DNA of 30,689 bases from Elusimicrobiota bacterium (GTDB taxonomy: Bacteria > Elusimicrobiota > Elusimicrobia > UBA1565), in NCBI GenBank assembly GCA_043819795.1, contig JBDREN010000022.1, forward strand, positions 1-30,689. The letters are read 5' to 3'. Both the position numbers and the translations under genes were made by a program. The notes under the pieces are model-generated. The model ran no database searches. It was not told the origin of the DNA and saw only the letters and a list, made by a program, of their open reading frames with translations. Below are positions 1 through 8,643 of this stretch, in pieces (position 1 is the stretch's first letter; the number at the start of each line of letters is the position of its first letter).

Positions 1-92
1 GGTGCTTATGCCGCGCGGATTCACGACGGGAGGTGGGTCGATTTGGTCAAAAAACCGGACAGGTTTTCCGGGACACTTTGGGGGTATGTCCC

Positions 93-117
93 CCGGGGTC
101 TCCGACGGAGCCCCCGG
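93..117. terminator. GC-rich hairpin downstream of the DUF2087 gene (possible terminator)
   Basis: ccggggtctcc-gac-ggagcccccgg, 10/11 bp stem; no clear U-tract. Confidence 0.3.
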
Positions 118-163
118 CCCTATGTCAGTAGGTCTGGAATCCGGCCTTAAGACCCGGCGGCCG

Positions 164-463
164 TCAGGAGGCTTCGGAGCGGGGAGTCGAAGAGCAGCGC
201 CGGTAGCGGCCCCGCTCGCGCACCATCAGCTTGTTGATGATAAACTCGCGCCTGAGGGTGCAGAAGTCGTCGTGGAAGCGTCGGAGGACGGCGTTGACCT
301 CCTTTTCCTCGTAGACCCGTCCCGGTTCGAACTCCGAGACGAGTCGCTCCAGGATGTAGGCGCGCTTCTTGCGCTTGGCGGGGATGCTCTTGAGGCGGCC
401 GTCCGCGCCGAAGAAGTCGCGCAGGGCGCGGCCCCGTTCGTCGAGCTTGATGTCGTCCGTCAT
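164..463 (-). CDS. DUF2087 domain-containing protein
   Basis: 99 aa; GRLKSIPAKRKKR...FEPGRVYEEKEVNAVLRRFHDDFCTLRREFI...MVRERGRY matches the DUF2087 pattern. Confidence 0.85.
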   Translation of the reverse strand: MTDDIKLDERGRALRDFFGADGRLKSIPAKRKKRAYILERLVSEFEPGRVYEEKEVNAVLRRFHDDFCTLRREFIINKLMVRERGRYRRCSSTPRSEAS

Positions 464-493
464 GAAAATGGCGTCGGGCCGGAACCCTTTCGG

Positions 494-1726
494 CTAGAAG
501 AGGATCATGGCTCGGATGTTCCCGCCGTCCCAGATATGGCGGCCCACGTCGTCGAGGTCGAAGTTGGAATAGAGACCGATGCGGCCCGCGGCGCCGAACA
601 GGAAGTCGATGCCCAGGCCCAGCTTGGCCTCGACGGGCCTCTGCCTGACGTCGGGGCCGGGTCCCGAGGAGAAAATCTGGCGGAGCTCGCCCGAGCTGAG
701 GAAGAAGGCCGTCTCCGAGATAGCCCACGGCTTTAGCTGCCTGCGCCAGCGCGCGTAGGGCGCGGCCTCCCAGCGCTTGTGCCGCTTGTCCGCGGCCGCG
801 TCGTTGGCGAAGTCCGTCCTCGCTCCCCGCGCCATCACCTGTCCTCCGGCCTCGATGCGGTCGCGGGGGCCGAGCGCGCCTTCGACGGCCGCGAGCGCCG
901 TGTGGACCTTGCGGTGGAAGTCCTCGGATAGGGAGGCCGGGTCGGGGGAGTAGACGTCCTTTTCCCGCTTGAACTCGTAGCGGTAGCGCGCCATCCAGCC
1001 CCACGCGTCCTCCGTGGAGGGCCGCTGCCAGTCCGCCTCGAGGCGCGTGCGCCGGTAGTGGTAGACGCGGCCGGAGTCCGGGATCCGGCGGATGAGCGGC
1101 GTGTCGAGCTCGACGCGCAGGCCGATCCGGCCGCGCTCGCTCGTGAGCCGCGCTCCGAGGTCGTAGGTGATCGGCTTGCGGGCGTACGCCTCGTTGAGCT
1201 TGCCGCGGTCGTTGAAGTTGAAGTCCACGGCGTTCGCGGAGCCGTAGAACATCCATCGCGGGTCTTGCCAGCGCAGGAGCAGGCCGATATCGGCGTCTTC
1301 CTTATCGAAGGTGGGCTCGCCGAAGACCGCGCTTGAGAAGCCGGCCCAAGGGCCGGCCTCGAGCCAGATCCACTGGTGCAGGTCCACGACGTCCTTGTCC
1401 CCGCGGTGCTCCAGGCTGTAGAGGAAGGCGAACCGGTCGCCCAGCCGTTTGGGGAGGCGCGCTTCCTGCTCGATGAAAAGGTCGGTGCGGTCGAGGCTGG
1501 CGGCGTTGACCCGGTAGCCGGGGCGGGAAGGCCGCCATAGCCAGAGCCACTCCGCCGGGTAGGAGAATCCCACGAGGTCAAGGAAGTACTCGGAGTCGAA
1601 GAGAGCCTCGGTGTCCAGGTCGTCGAGCTCGTCCTTGATGAACAAGGCTTGAGCCCGCGGCGTGAGGCCCAAGAGAATCAGGCCCGAGAGCAGGGCCGCG
1701 AAGAGGCGCCGGGCCATGTTCTTCAA
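494..1726 (-). CDS. Secreted protein, probable outer-membrane beta-barrel
   Basis: Signal peptide (RRLFAALLSGLILLGLTPRAQA), amphipathic aromatic-rich strands, C-terminal Phe (GGNIRAMILF). TTG start overlaps the sixA stop; alternative ATG at 1717. Confidence 0.7.
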   Translation of the reverse strand: MKNMARRLFAALLSGLILLGLTPRAQALFIKDELDDLDTEALFDSEYFLDLVGFSYPAEWLWLWRPSRPGYRVNAASLDRTDLFIEQEARLPKRLGDRFAFLYSLEHRGDKDVVDLHQWIWLEAGPWAGFSSAVFGEPTFDKEDADIGLLLRWQDPRWMFYGSANAVDFNFNDRGKLNEAYARKPITYDLGARLTSERGRIGLRVELDTPLIRRIPDSGRVYHYRRTRLEADWQRPSTEDAWGWMARYRYEFKREKDVYSPDPASLSEDFHRKVHTALAAVEGALGPRDRIEAGGQVMARGARTDFANDAAADKRHKRWEAAPYARWRRQLKPWAISETAFFLSSGELRQIFSSGPGPDVRQRPVEAKLGLGIDFLFGAAGRIGLYSNFDLDDVGRHIWDGGNIRAMILF

Positions 1727-2199
1727 GAGGGGATATCCGCGGGGTTTGCCGACCAGAGCACGCGCGCCTTGCCGTGATCGTCTGTCTGGACCGCGATGAT
1801 GCCCCCGGGCTTGAGGTCGAAAAACGCGCCGGTCAGGTAGGTGGCCAGCTCGCCGAGCTGGGGCTGGTGGCCCACCACCAAAGTCTCCTCCTGGCCGGCG
1901 TCGTCTTCCACGATGTGCCGATAGAGGTCCATCCCGATCATCTTATTGGAAAGAGGCTCGTAGGTGCGGAGCTCCGGGGCCGGCTTCAATACCTCGCGTA
2001 CTTCCTGGGCGGTTTGCTGAGCCCGGATGAAGGGGCTCGCCAGGATCAGCGTGGGCCGGCCCGAGAGCCGGCCGAGGTGGGCCGCGGTCTTCCGCACGTC
2101 CTCGCGCCCCTGCTTCGAGAGCGGCCGATCGAAATCCCTGGAGACGCCCGCATCGATGGCCGAGGGGGACCTTCCATGGCGAAGGATGAAGAGCTTCAT
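1723..2199 (-). CDS. sixA: Phosphohistidine phosphatase SixA (histidine phosphatase superfamily)
   Basis: LFILRHG, DFDRPLSKQG, SPFIRAQQTA and VGHQPQL motifs; 158 aa. Confidence 0.85.
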   Translation of the reverse strand: MKLFILRHGRSPSAIDAGVSRDFDRPLSKQGREDVRKTAAHLGRLSGRPTLILASPFIRAQQTAQEVREVLKPAPELRTYEPLSNKMIGMDLYRHIVEDDAGQEETLVVGHQPQLGELATYLTGAFFDLKPGGIIAVQTDDHGKARVLWSANPADIPS

Positions 2200-2214
2200 T
2201 TGAACGCGGGAAGG

Positions 2215-2236
2215 ATTCTAGCAAATTGGCTAAAAT
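2215..2236. promoter_or_regulatory. Back-to-back -10 boxes in the 46-bp divergent sixA/helicase gap
   Basis: TAGAAT on minus (2215-2220) and TAAAAT on plus (2231-2236), 15 and 9 nt from their ATGs; no SD visible, suggesting near-leaderless transcripts. Confidence 0.45.
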
Positions 2237-2245
2237 AGTGCCCCA

Positions 2246-4189
2246 ATGGCCGGAGCCTCGTCGCGTGTGGTCAGCGAGCATTTTCAGCGCCTGTCGCGCC
2301 TGTTGGATGTCGAACGCGAGGCAGAGAAGGAGGAGACCCGGCGCCAGCTCGAGCGCCTGCCCCTTTCGACCCGCGAGGCCATAGGCAAGACCGTCACCCG
2401 CCTCACGATCGACGGAGTGGACGCCGGCGTCGGCGGCTACCCGAGGCTGATCCTTTCTCGCGCACGTCGCGGAGAGGACTTGGTCCCCTTCCACGGAATG
2501 AACCAGGGCGACAACGTCCGGGTCGCCTTTCCCGCCCGGACGGACCCGGCCAGCGTGGACGGCACGCTCGACCGGGTCGACGAGTACCGCGCGGCGGTGG
2601 CGGTGGCCGGGCGTTTGCCCGAGCGCCTGCCCGAGGGGCGCTGCACTCTGGACCTCCTGGGCTCGGACGCGACCTACCGGCGCATGAAGAAGGCCCTGGC
2701 CACGATCGCGAGCCCGGCGCCGCCGGCGGCCCATCTGCGGGACGTGTTCCTGGGCCTGCGGGAGGCCCGCACTGGGGAGCCTTGCCCCGTCGACTTCTTC
2801 GACCCCGATCTCAACCGGTGGCAGAAGCAGGCCGTCCGCCGCGCCTTGTGCGCCGAAGAGGCGTCGCTCGTGCACGGCCCGCCGGGCACGGGCAAGACGA
2901 CCGTGCTCGTCGAGATCATCCGCCAGGCCGTGGCGCGCGGCGAGCGGGTGCTGGCCTCGGCGCCGTCCAACATCGCGGTGGACAACATCCTGGAGAAGCT
3001 GCTGCCCGACGACGAGGACGAGAGGACGAGCGTCCTTCGTTCCATGCGCGTGGTGCGCCTCGGCCATCCGGCCCGCACCATCGAGTCCCTGCGCCACGGT
3101 ACGCTCCTGGCCCAGGTGGCCGACGACGAGCAGTTCGAACAGATCCAGGAGATGAACGCCTGGCGCGAGCGGCTCTCCAAGAAGCTGGCCCGCACCGGCG
3201 GCCGCAGCCTGACCGGCGCCGCCCGCGAGGCGGCCCGCCAGGAGATCCGGCGCCTGTGGCACGACGCGCGCAAGCTGGAGTCGGCCATCAGCCGCCGGCT
3301 GGTGCTCTCGGCTCAGGTGGTGGTGTCCACTCACGGGGGGATCTCCAACTATCTGCTGCGCGGCAAGTTCGACTGGATCGCCATGGACGAGGCATCCCAG
3401 GCCACCGAGCCGCTATCCTGGGTGCCGCTTCTGCGCGGCGGGAAGGTCGTGTTTACCGGGGACGCCGACCAGCTGCCGCCCACGATCTACTCGCGGGACG
3501 CGGCCCGCGACGGCCTGGCGCTCACCCTCTTCGAGAGGCTCAAGGGGGTCCTGCCGCGTGAGCTGCAGACGCTTCTGCGCGTGCAGTATCGGATGCACGA
3601 GACGATCATGGGCTTCTCCTCGAAGCAGTTCTACGACGACGAGCTGGTCGCCGACGACTCGGTGCGCTCCCACCGGGCCTGCGACCTGCCGGGGGTGCGG
3701 GCCACGCCCCTGACCGAAGCGCCCCTGGTGTTCGTCGATACCGCGGGCACCGGCTACGAGGAGACGTTCAACGAGCTCCTGCAGAGCCGCGAGAACCGGG
3801 GCGAGGCGGAGCTGGCCGTGCGCCTCGTCAAGGAGGTCCTGGGGGCCGGGGTCCGGCCCCGGGACGTAGCTCTCCTGACGCCGTACATGGCGCAGGTGAA
3901 GCTTCTTAAGTCGCTCGTGCGCGTGCCGAGGCTCGAGATCGGGACGGTGGACGGGTTCCAGGGCCGGGAGAAGGAGGTCACCGTCCTGTCTTTGGTGCGC
4001 TCCAATGATAAGGGGATCGTCGGCTTCCTCTCGGACACCCGGCGCATGAACGTGGCCGTGACGCGAGCCCGGCGCCTGTCGATCGTCGTGGGCGACAGCG
4101 CCACGATCGCGTCCCATCCCTTCTATCGGGATTTCCTGGACTACGTCCAGGAGCGCGGCGAATACCGCAGCGCTTACGAGTGGATGTAG
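2246..4189 (+). CDS. SF1 helicase, IGHMBP2/Upf1/Dna2-like (AAA_11 + AAA_12)
   Basis: HGPPGTGKTT, SAPSNIAVDN, MDEASQ, GDADQLPPT, LRVQYRMH, TPYMAQV, TVDGFQGREKE, RRMNVAVTRAR. Confidence 0.93.
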   Translation: MAGASSRVVSEHFQRLSRLLDVEREAEKEETRRQLERLPLSTREAIGKTVTRLTIDGVDAGVGGYPRLILSRARRGEDLVPFHGMNQGDNVRVAFPARTDPASVDGTLDRVDEYRAAVAVAGRLPERLPEGRCTLDLLGSDATYRRMKKALATIASPAPPAAHLRDVFLGLREARTGEPCPVDFFDPDLNRWQKQAVRRALCAEEASLVHGPPGTGKTTVLVEIIRQAVARGERVLASAPSNIAVDNILEKLLPDDEDERTSVLRSMRVVRLGHPARTIESLRHGTLLAQVADDEQFEQIQEMNAWRERLSKKLARTGGRSLTGAAREAARQEIRRLWHDARKLESAISRRLVLSAQVVVSTHGGISNYLLRGKFDWIAMDEASQATEPLSWVPLLRGGKVVFTGDADQLPPTIYSRDAARDGLALTLFERLKGVLPRELQTLLRVQYRMHETIMGFSSKQFYDDELVADDSVRSHRACDLPGVRATPLTEAPLVFVDTAGTGYEETFNELLQSRENRGEAELAVRLVKEVLGAGVRPRDVALLTPYMAQVKLLKSLVRVPRLEIGTVDGFQGREKEVTVLSLVRSNDKGIVGFLSDTRRMNVAVTRARRLSIVVGDSATIASHPFYRDFLDYVQERGEYRSAYEWM

Positions 4190-4210
4190 AGCGGGCGTCG
4201 GGCGCCCGCT
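4190..4210. terminator. Hairpin between convergent helicase and exonuclease genes
   Basis: agcgggcg-tcggg-cgcccgct, perfect 8-bp stem filling the whole 21-bp gap. Confidence 0.55.
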
Positions 4211-4834
4211 TCAGGAAAGGTCCAGCTCGAGCTCTTCTTGGACGGGATTGACCTTCTTCTTCGTCGAGGCGGGGGGGCGGATGTTTTCCGCCAGGCGGTG
4301 CCAGACCCGGCGGGTCACTTGGACGTCGGCCAGGGCGTCGTGGGCCTCGAAGGCAATCCCGAACTCGGCGGCCAAAGACCCCAGCTTGAAGTTGGGCGGA
4401 TTGAACACCCCGCGGGTCTTCGAGGCCACGGCCAGGCTGATGAGATCGGCCGGCCGCGGGTCCCACCAGCTCCCGAAGTAGTTGTCTCCCATATCCGAGA
4501 ACAGCGCCCGCACGAAACGGATGTCGAAATCGGGGTTCTGGCCGATCCAGATCATCTTATCGGTCTTGTCGTAGCGGCCGACCCATTTGCCGAGCGTCGC
4601 GATCAGTTCCCGGAATCCTTTCTTGCGCGGGGGGTAGGAGAGGAGCTCCTCCTTCGTCTTGCGGGTGATCTCGAGGGCTTCGCTGCTGATGTTCTCGGGC
4701 CGCTCGGGCCGGAACCGGATGTTCCTCTCGTCGACCACTTTGCCGTCGATCTCGATCAGGAAGGCGAGCTGGAAGAGCTCGTTTTTGGCGGGGTCGAGCC
4801 CCGTGGTCTCGGTGTCGGCGAAGAATAGCTTCAT
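4211..4834 (-). CDS. DEDDh 3'-5' exonuclease (DnaQ-like)
   Basis: ExoI ADTETTGLD, ExoII GQNPDFD, ExoIII AHDALADV. Confidence 0.9.
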   Translation of the reverse strand: MKLFFADTETTGLDPAKNELFQLAFLIEIDGKVVDERNIRFRPERPENISSEALEITRKTKEELLSYPPRKKGFRELIATLGKWVGRYDKTDKMIWIGQNPDFDIRFVRALFSDMGDNYFGSWWDPRPADLISLAVASKTRGVFNPPNFKLGSLAAEFGIAFEAHDALADVQVTRRVWHRLAENIRPPASTKKKVNPVQEELELDLS

Positions 4835-4985
4835 GCCCGGCGCATACTGCCCGGGTCATTGTACCGCATCGGGGCGCGGAGGGAAAGCCCGCGGTCGGGG
4901 CATGTGATGAAAAAGGCTTGAAAACTCCGCGCAAAAGAGGTTGAATGGCTGTGCCGGCCGTCAACCAGCATCCGGAGGTGGACCG

Positions 4986-5972
4986 ATGAGAGCTACCCGT
5001 CTCGGAGCAGTCGCCCTTGGCGCGTTTTTGCTGGGCTATTTCCATATGCCGAAAGCGCTCTTCGCGGAGAAGTCGCCGCGTCCCGACGTGATCTACGGCG
5101 ACGACGACCGTCTCGATATCTACGAGGTCCAGGCCGGGCGCCTCCGGGAGCTGGCCGACTCGACGGTGGGTCTTTTCAGCGCCTCGGACGTCGAGCTCGA
5201 CGAATCCGGGACGCGGGCGACGCTCAATACGTCCTCCTACGGAGACAGCTACAGCCTCTGCTCGGACGAGCCGTTCCGCGACCAGCGCACCGGCGCCTTC
5301 TGCTCCGGTTCCCTGGTGGGGCCCGATCTGATCATGACGGCCGGCCACTGCGTCCGGTCGCAGTCGTCCTGCGAGGGGACGAAGTTCGTTTTCGGCTTCG
5401 CCATCCATGAGAAGGGCGTCCTGCCCGAGAGCGTCCCCGCGGGGGACGTCTACGGTTGCGTCGAGCTCATGGCCCGGGAGGAGCAGTCCTCCGGGCCCGA
5501 CTGGGCGCTTATTAGGATCGACCGCCCGGTCACGGACCACGCTCTGCTCAAGGTCAACCGGAGCGAAGTCCTCGCGAAGGGGGCGCCGTTGTTCGTCATC
5601 GGCCATCCGGCCGGCCTGCCCACGAAGGTCGCTGGGGGGGCGTCGGTGAGGGATTTTGAGCGCAACGGCTACTTCATCGCCAACCTGGATACCTACGGGG
5701 GCAACTCGGGCAGCGCGGTCTTCAACGCGGTCACGGGGAACGTCGAGGGGATTCTCGTCCGGGGAGAGCAGGACTTCGTATGGGCGGACGGCTGCCGCCG
5801 TTCCAGGGTCTGCTCGGACGACGGCTGCAGGGGGGAGGACGTCACGAAGGTCGGCGCTCTCGCCTCGCGGATACCCGACATCGGACCGTCCTCGGCTTTC
5901 GTCAAGCCCGGGCCGGCGTACTCGGCGCTGCGCAAGATCGGCGGCGCGGCGATCGAGCCGGTCGTCCCGTAA
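4986..5972 (+). CDS. Secreted trypsin-like (S1) serine protease
   Basis: GGAGG SD before ATG 4986; signal peptide; VIYGDDDR mature-like start; triad TAGHC, GPDWALI, DTYGGNSGS. Confidence 0.9.
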   Translation: MRATRLGAVALGAFLLGYFHMPKALFAEKSPRPDVIYGDDDRLDIYEVQAGRLRELADSTVGLFSASDVELDESGTRATLNTSSYGDSYSLCSDEPFRDQRTGAFCSGSLVGPDLIMTAGHCVRSQSSCEGTKFVFGFAIHEKGVLPESVPAGDVYGCVELMAREEQSSGPDWALIRIDRPVTDHALLKVNRSEVLAKGAPLFVIGHPAGLPTKVAGGASVRDFERNGYFIANLDTYGGNSGSAVFNAVTGNVEGILVRGEQDFVWADGCRRSRVCSDDGCRGEDVTKVGALASRIPDIGPSSAFVKPGPAYSALRKIGGAAIEPVVP

Positions 5973-6002
5973 CGCCCGGCGCCTCAGAGAACTCTCAGAA
6001 AG

Positions 6003-6042
6003 CGAGCGGCGGGAAATCCCCGTGGGGATTTCCCGCCGCTCG
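6003..6042. terminator. Perfect 19-bp inverted repeat between convergent genes
   Basis: cgagcggcgggaaatcccc-gt-ggggatttcccgccgctcg. Confidence 0.7.
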
Positions 6043-6059
6043 TATTCCGGCGCGCTAAT

Positions 6060-8510
6060 CTACGAATCCGCCCTGAGCGGGCCGCTTGTCTTCGGCATGT
6101 GCCCGTGTCCGTCGGGCCCTCGGCCCGTATCCGGGGGGCGATGCTCCTGCCCGCGACGGCGGAGGGAAGGCGGCTTGCGGCCCGCGCCTTTGCGCTCCTC
6201 CTTGGTGAAATACATCCACGGGGAAGCGATCTGCAGCACGCCGAGCACGGTCATCGCGACCCCGGCGATCATGAGGCTGGTGGCGATGGGGATGCCCTTG
6301 AGCACGAAGCCGTAGATATAGGTCGCCGCGATCGCCGCCAGTATGCCGAGGAAGGAGTTGGCCGCGAGGACCCGGTTCATCTGCTTGGAGCTGTACTTGC
6401 TGATGTTCTTCTGGTAGATGCCGGTCATGACGAGCCCGACGAAGCCGGCCGAAAGGCTCTGGAGGGCGTAGAGGAACAGGACCCCCCAGAAGGACGGCGA
6501 ATGGATCATGGCCCAGAACGCCAGGACCTGGACGAAGGAAACGGCGTAGAAAGGGATGGTCAGGGATTCCTCGGTCCTGAATCCCAGCTTCTTGAAGACG
6601 GCGCGCAGCGGGTTGACGAGGATGGTGGCGAGCACGCTGCCGATGCTCCCGAACATGACGAGCATCCCGAAGAAGCCCATGGGCGTGCTGATGAGCCCGT
6701 CCATGAACCAGCCGAGCACCGGCACCCCGAGTATCCCGTCCATGGCGCCCGGGCTCGCCTTGAGCACGGCGCCCACGAATTCGGGCAGGACGTTGAAGAT
6801 GAGGGGGTCCGAGAAGAGGGACATGATGAGGTTGAGCAGAAGCAGCGTCCTCAGGAACCGGCTCTTCATGACCAGCTTGAGCCCCTCCCGCATCGAGACC
6901 CAGACGCCTTTGAGCACGCTGCCGAGGCCCTTGATCGCCGGCGTGTCGTCGAGAGAGGCGGCGTCCTCCATGCCCGGGGCCGCCGGCCGCTTCTCCGCGA
7001 GGATGCGGATCGTCGCGAATACCAGCCCCGCCAGGCCTACGGCCGCGGCGTAGATGCCGTAAATGACCGCGCTGCCCGCGCCCATCTTGCCGAAGAGATC
7101 TTTGATGCCCGCGATCTTGCCGGCGATGGCCGGCGCGAGGATGGAGATGAGCGCCGAGCCCAAAGAGCGGATCGAGTTGGCCCGGAGCCGCTCCGAGGGC
7201 TTCACGCTCTTGTCGCCCAGGATGCGCGCGATGGAGCCGCCCATCATGGTGACGTAGAGTCCTTGGAAGAAGGACTGGGCTCCGATGAGGCCGAGCAGGA
7301 CGAAAAGCGCGGTCCGCGCCGAGAACACCCCGGAGAAGAAGAAGATCGCCGGGATGCCGGCCAGCACCGCCATCCGTATCAGCGCCGAGCGCACCAGCCA
7401 CTTGCGCGGTCCCTCCTGCCCCTTCGCGAAGAGCGGGATGGCCACGTAGCTGACCGCTTGCGAGACCCAATGCGCGATGCGGGCGAGGCTGCGGTTCTGG
7501 CGGACCAGCTCGGTGAGGGCCTCCGGGGTCGTGCCGGCGAGCCGGCCGTTCTCCTTGAGAGTGTTGCGGGTGAATGACTGGATCAGGTAGGGCAGCGCGA
7601 CCACGTACATCTGGAATCCGACCATATAGATCTGTTCGCCGAGGAAGATCCGCCAGAAAGCCTTGTTGCGGGCGGGGTCGCGGAAGACCGTGGTCCGCGC
7701 CCTGAAGAAGTCCCCGATCCGGCCCAGGAAGCCTTTGCGTCCCGCCTTCTCGAGGGCCGCGGGCTTCGCGGGGGCGGCGTCCTTCGTTCCGGCGCGGCTG
7801 AGGCCGGGGGAATCGGCCGCGGCTTGGGGTCTGGCGAGGCCGTGGCGCGGGGTCGCGGCGGCGATCGGGCGCGCGGCCGGGACCGGGGTCGACCCGGCTC
7901 GGGAAATGACGCTTCTCCCCGTCAGCCGGGCGATCTGCGCTTCGGCCGCGCCCCGCGCGGCCTCGGCCGGGAGGTTGTCCAACCCCGCGCGGCCGCGCGC
8001 GATCTCGCCGGCGACGCGTCCGAGCCGGAGGGAGATCCGAGAGCGGCTCTGGGCTTGGTCAAGAGGCGCCGTCCCGCCGGAAGCGGGACGAGAACGGGCC
8101 GTCGCGGGCCTTGAGGCGGGGTCCGCCGCGGGCTTGGCCGCCGTGGCGGGCGCCGGCAGGGCTGCCGAGGCCTGGGCGGCGGGCCGGATGGCTCTCGGCA
8201 GGGAGTTATCTAAGGTGAGCGGAACCGGCGCGGAGACGGCCGGCAGCGCTGGGATGAGCGTCGTCCCGGAGAGGGGTGTCCGCAGGGCCGCACGGGTCGC
8301 CCTGAGCGGGATCGCCGCGCCGGCCGCGGCCGCGGCGGAGCCGGAGACGCCTGAGACGGGGGCGACCTGAACGATGACGCTCGCCCGGGCGAGCGTGGAC
8401 TGAAGGGCCAGGCAGGCCGCCAGCAGAACGGCCAAGGTCCGCGACCATGCGCATGATCCGGCTTGTCCCCCGGCCTCGGCCGGGGCCGATTCATTTTTGG
8501 AAAAATGCAT
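6060..8510 (-). CDS. MFS transporter with long N-terminal Ala/Pro-rich extension
   Basis: C-terminal ~500 aa has many hydrophobic helices and DHA3-like segments (ERLRANS, SMREGLKLVMKSRFLRTLLLL, QMNRVLAA). Start chosen at ATG 8510; the ORF is open to 8645. Confidence 0.75.
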   Translation of the reverse strand: MHFSKNESAPAEAGGQAGSCAWSRTLAVLLAACLALQSTLARASVIVQVAPVSGVSGSAAAAAGAAIPLRATRAALRTPLSGTTLIPALPAVSAPVPLTLDNSLPRAIRPAAQASAALPAPATAAKPAADPASRPATARSRPASGGTAPLDQAQSRSRISLRLGRVAGEIARGRAGLDNLPAEAARGAAEAQIARLTGRSVISRAGSTPVPAARPIAAATPRHGLARPQAAADSPGLSRAGTKDAAPAKPAALEKAGRKGFLGRIGDFFRARTTVFRDPARNKAFWRIFLGEQIYMVGFQMYVVALPYLIQSFTRNTLKENGRLAGTTPEALTELVRQNRSLARIAHWVSQAVSYVAIPLFAKGQEGPRKWLVRSALIRMAVLAGIPAIFFFSGVFSARTALFVLLGLIGAQSFFQGLYVTMMGGSIARILGDKSVKPSERLRANSIRSLGSALISILAPAIAGKIAGIKDLFGKMGAGSAVIYGIYAAAVGLAGLVFATIRILAEKRPAAPGMEDAASLDDTPAIKGLGSVLKGVWVSMREGLKLVMKSRFLRTLLLLNLIMSLFSDPLIFNVLPEFVGAVLKASPGAMDGILGVPVLGWFMDGLISTPMGFFGMLVMFGSIGSVLATILVNPLRAVFKKLGFRTEESLTIPFYAVSFVQVLAFWAMIHSPSFWGVLFLYALQSLSAGFVGLVMTGIYQKNISKYSSKQMNRVLAANSFLGILAAIAATYIYGFVLKGIPIATSLMIAGVAMTVLGVLQIASPWMYFTKEERKGAGRKPPSLRRRGQEHRPPDTGRGPDGHGHMPKTSGPLRADS

Positions 8511-8643
8511 GGGGACATTAAACAAGAAGAGGCCCCGGGATAGAACGGTCCATCGGTCCCCAATAAGGCGTTTTTTGGGCCTACGCCTAAATGGGACTTT
8601 GGATCGGATGGAGCTTGCCGGTCGATTTAGATAGAATAAAATC

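Noticed and set aside
2246..4834. Helicase plus exonuclease as an anti-phage module
   Set aside because: The genes are convergent and separated by a hairpin, have host-like composition, and both families are common stand-alone genes.
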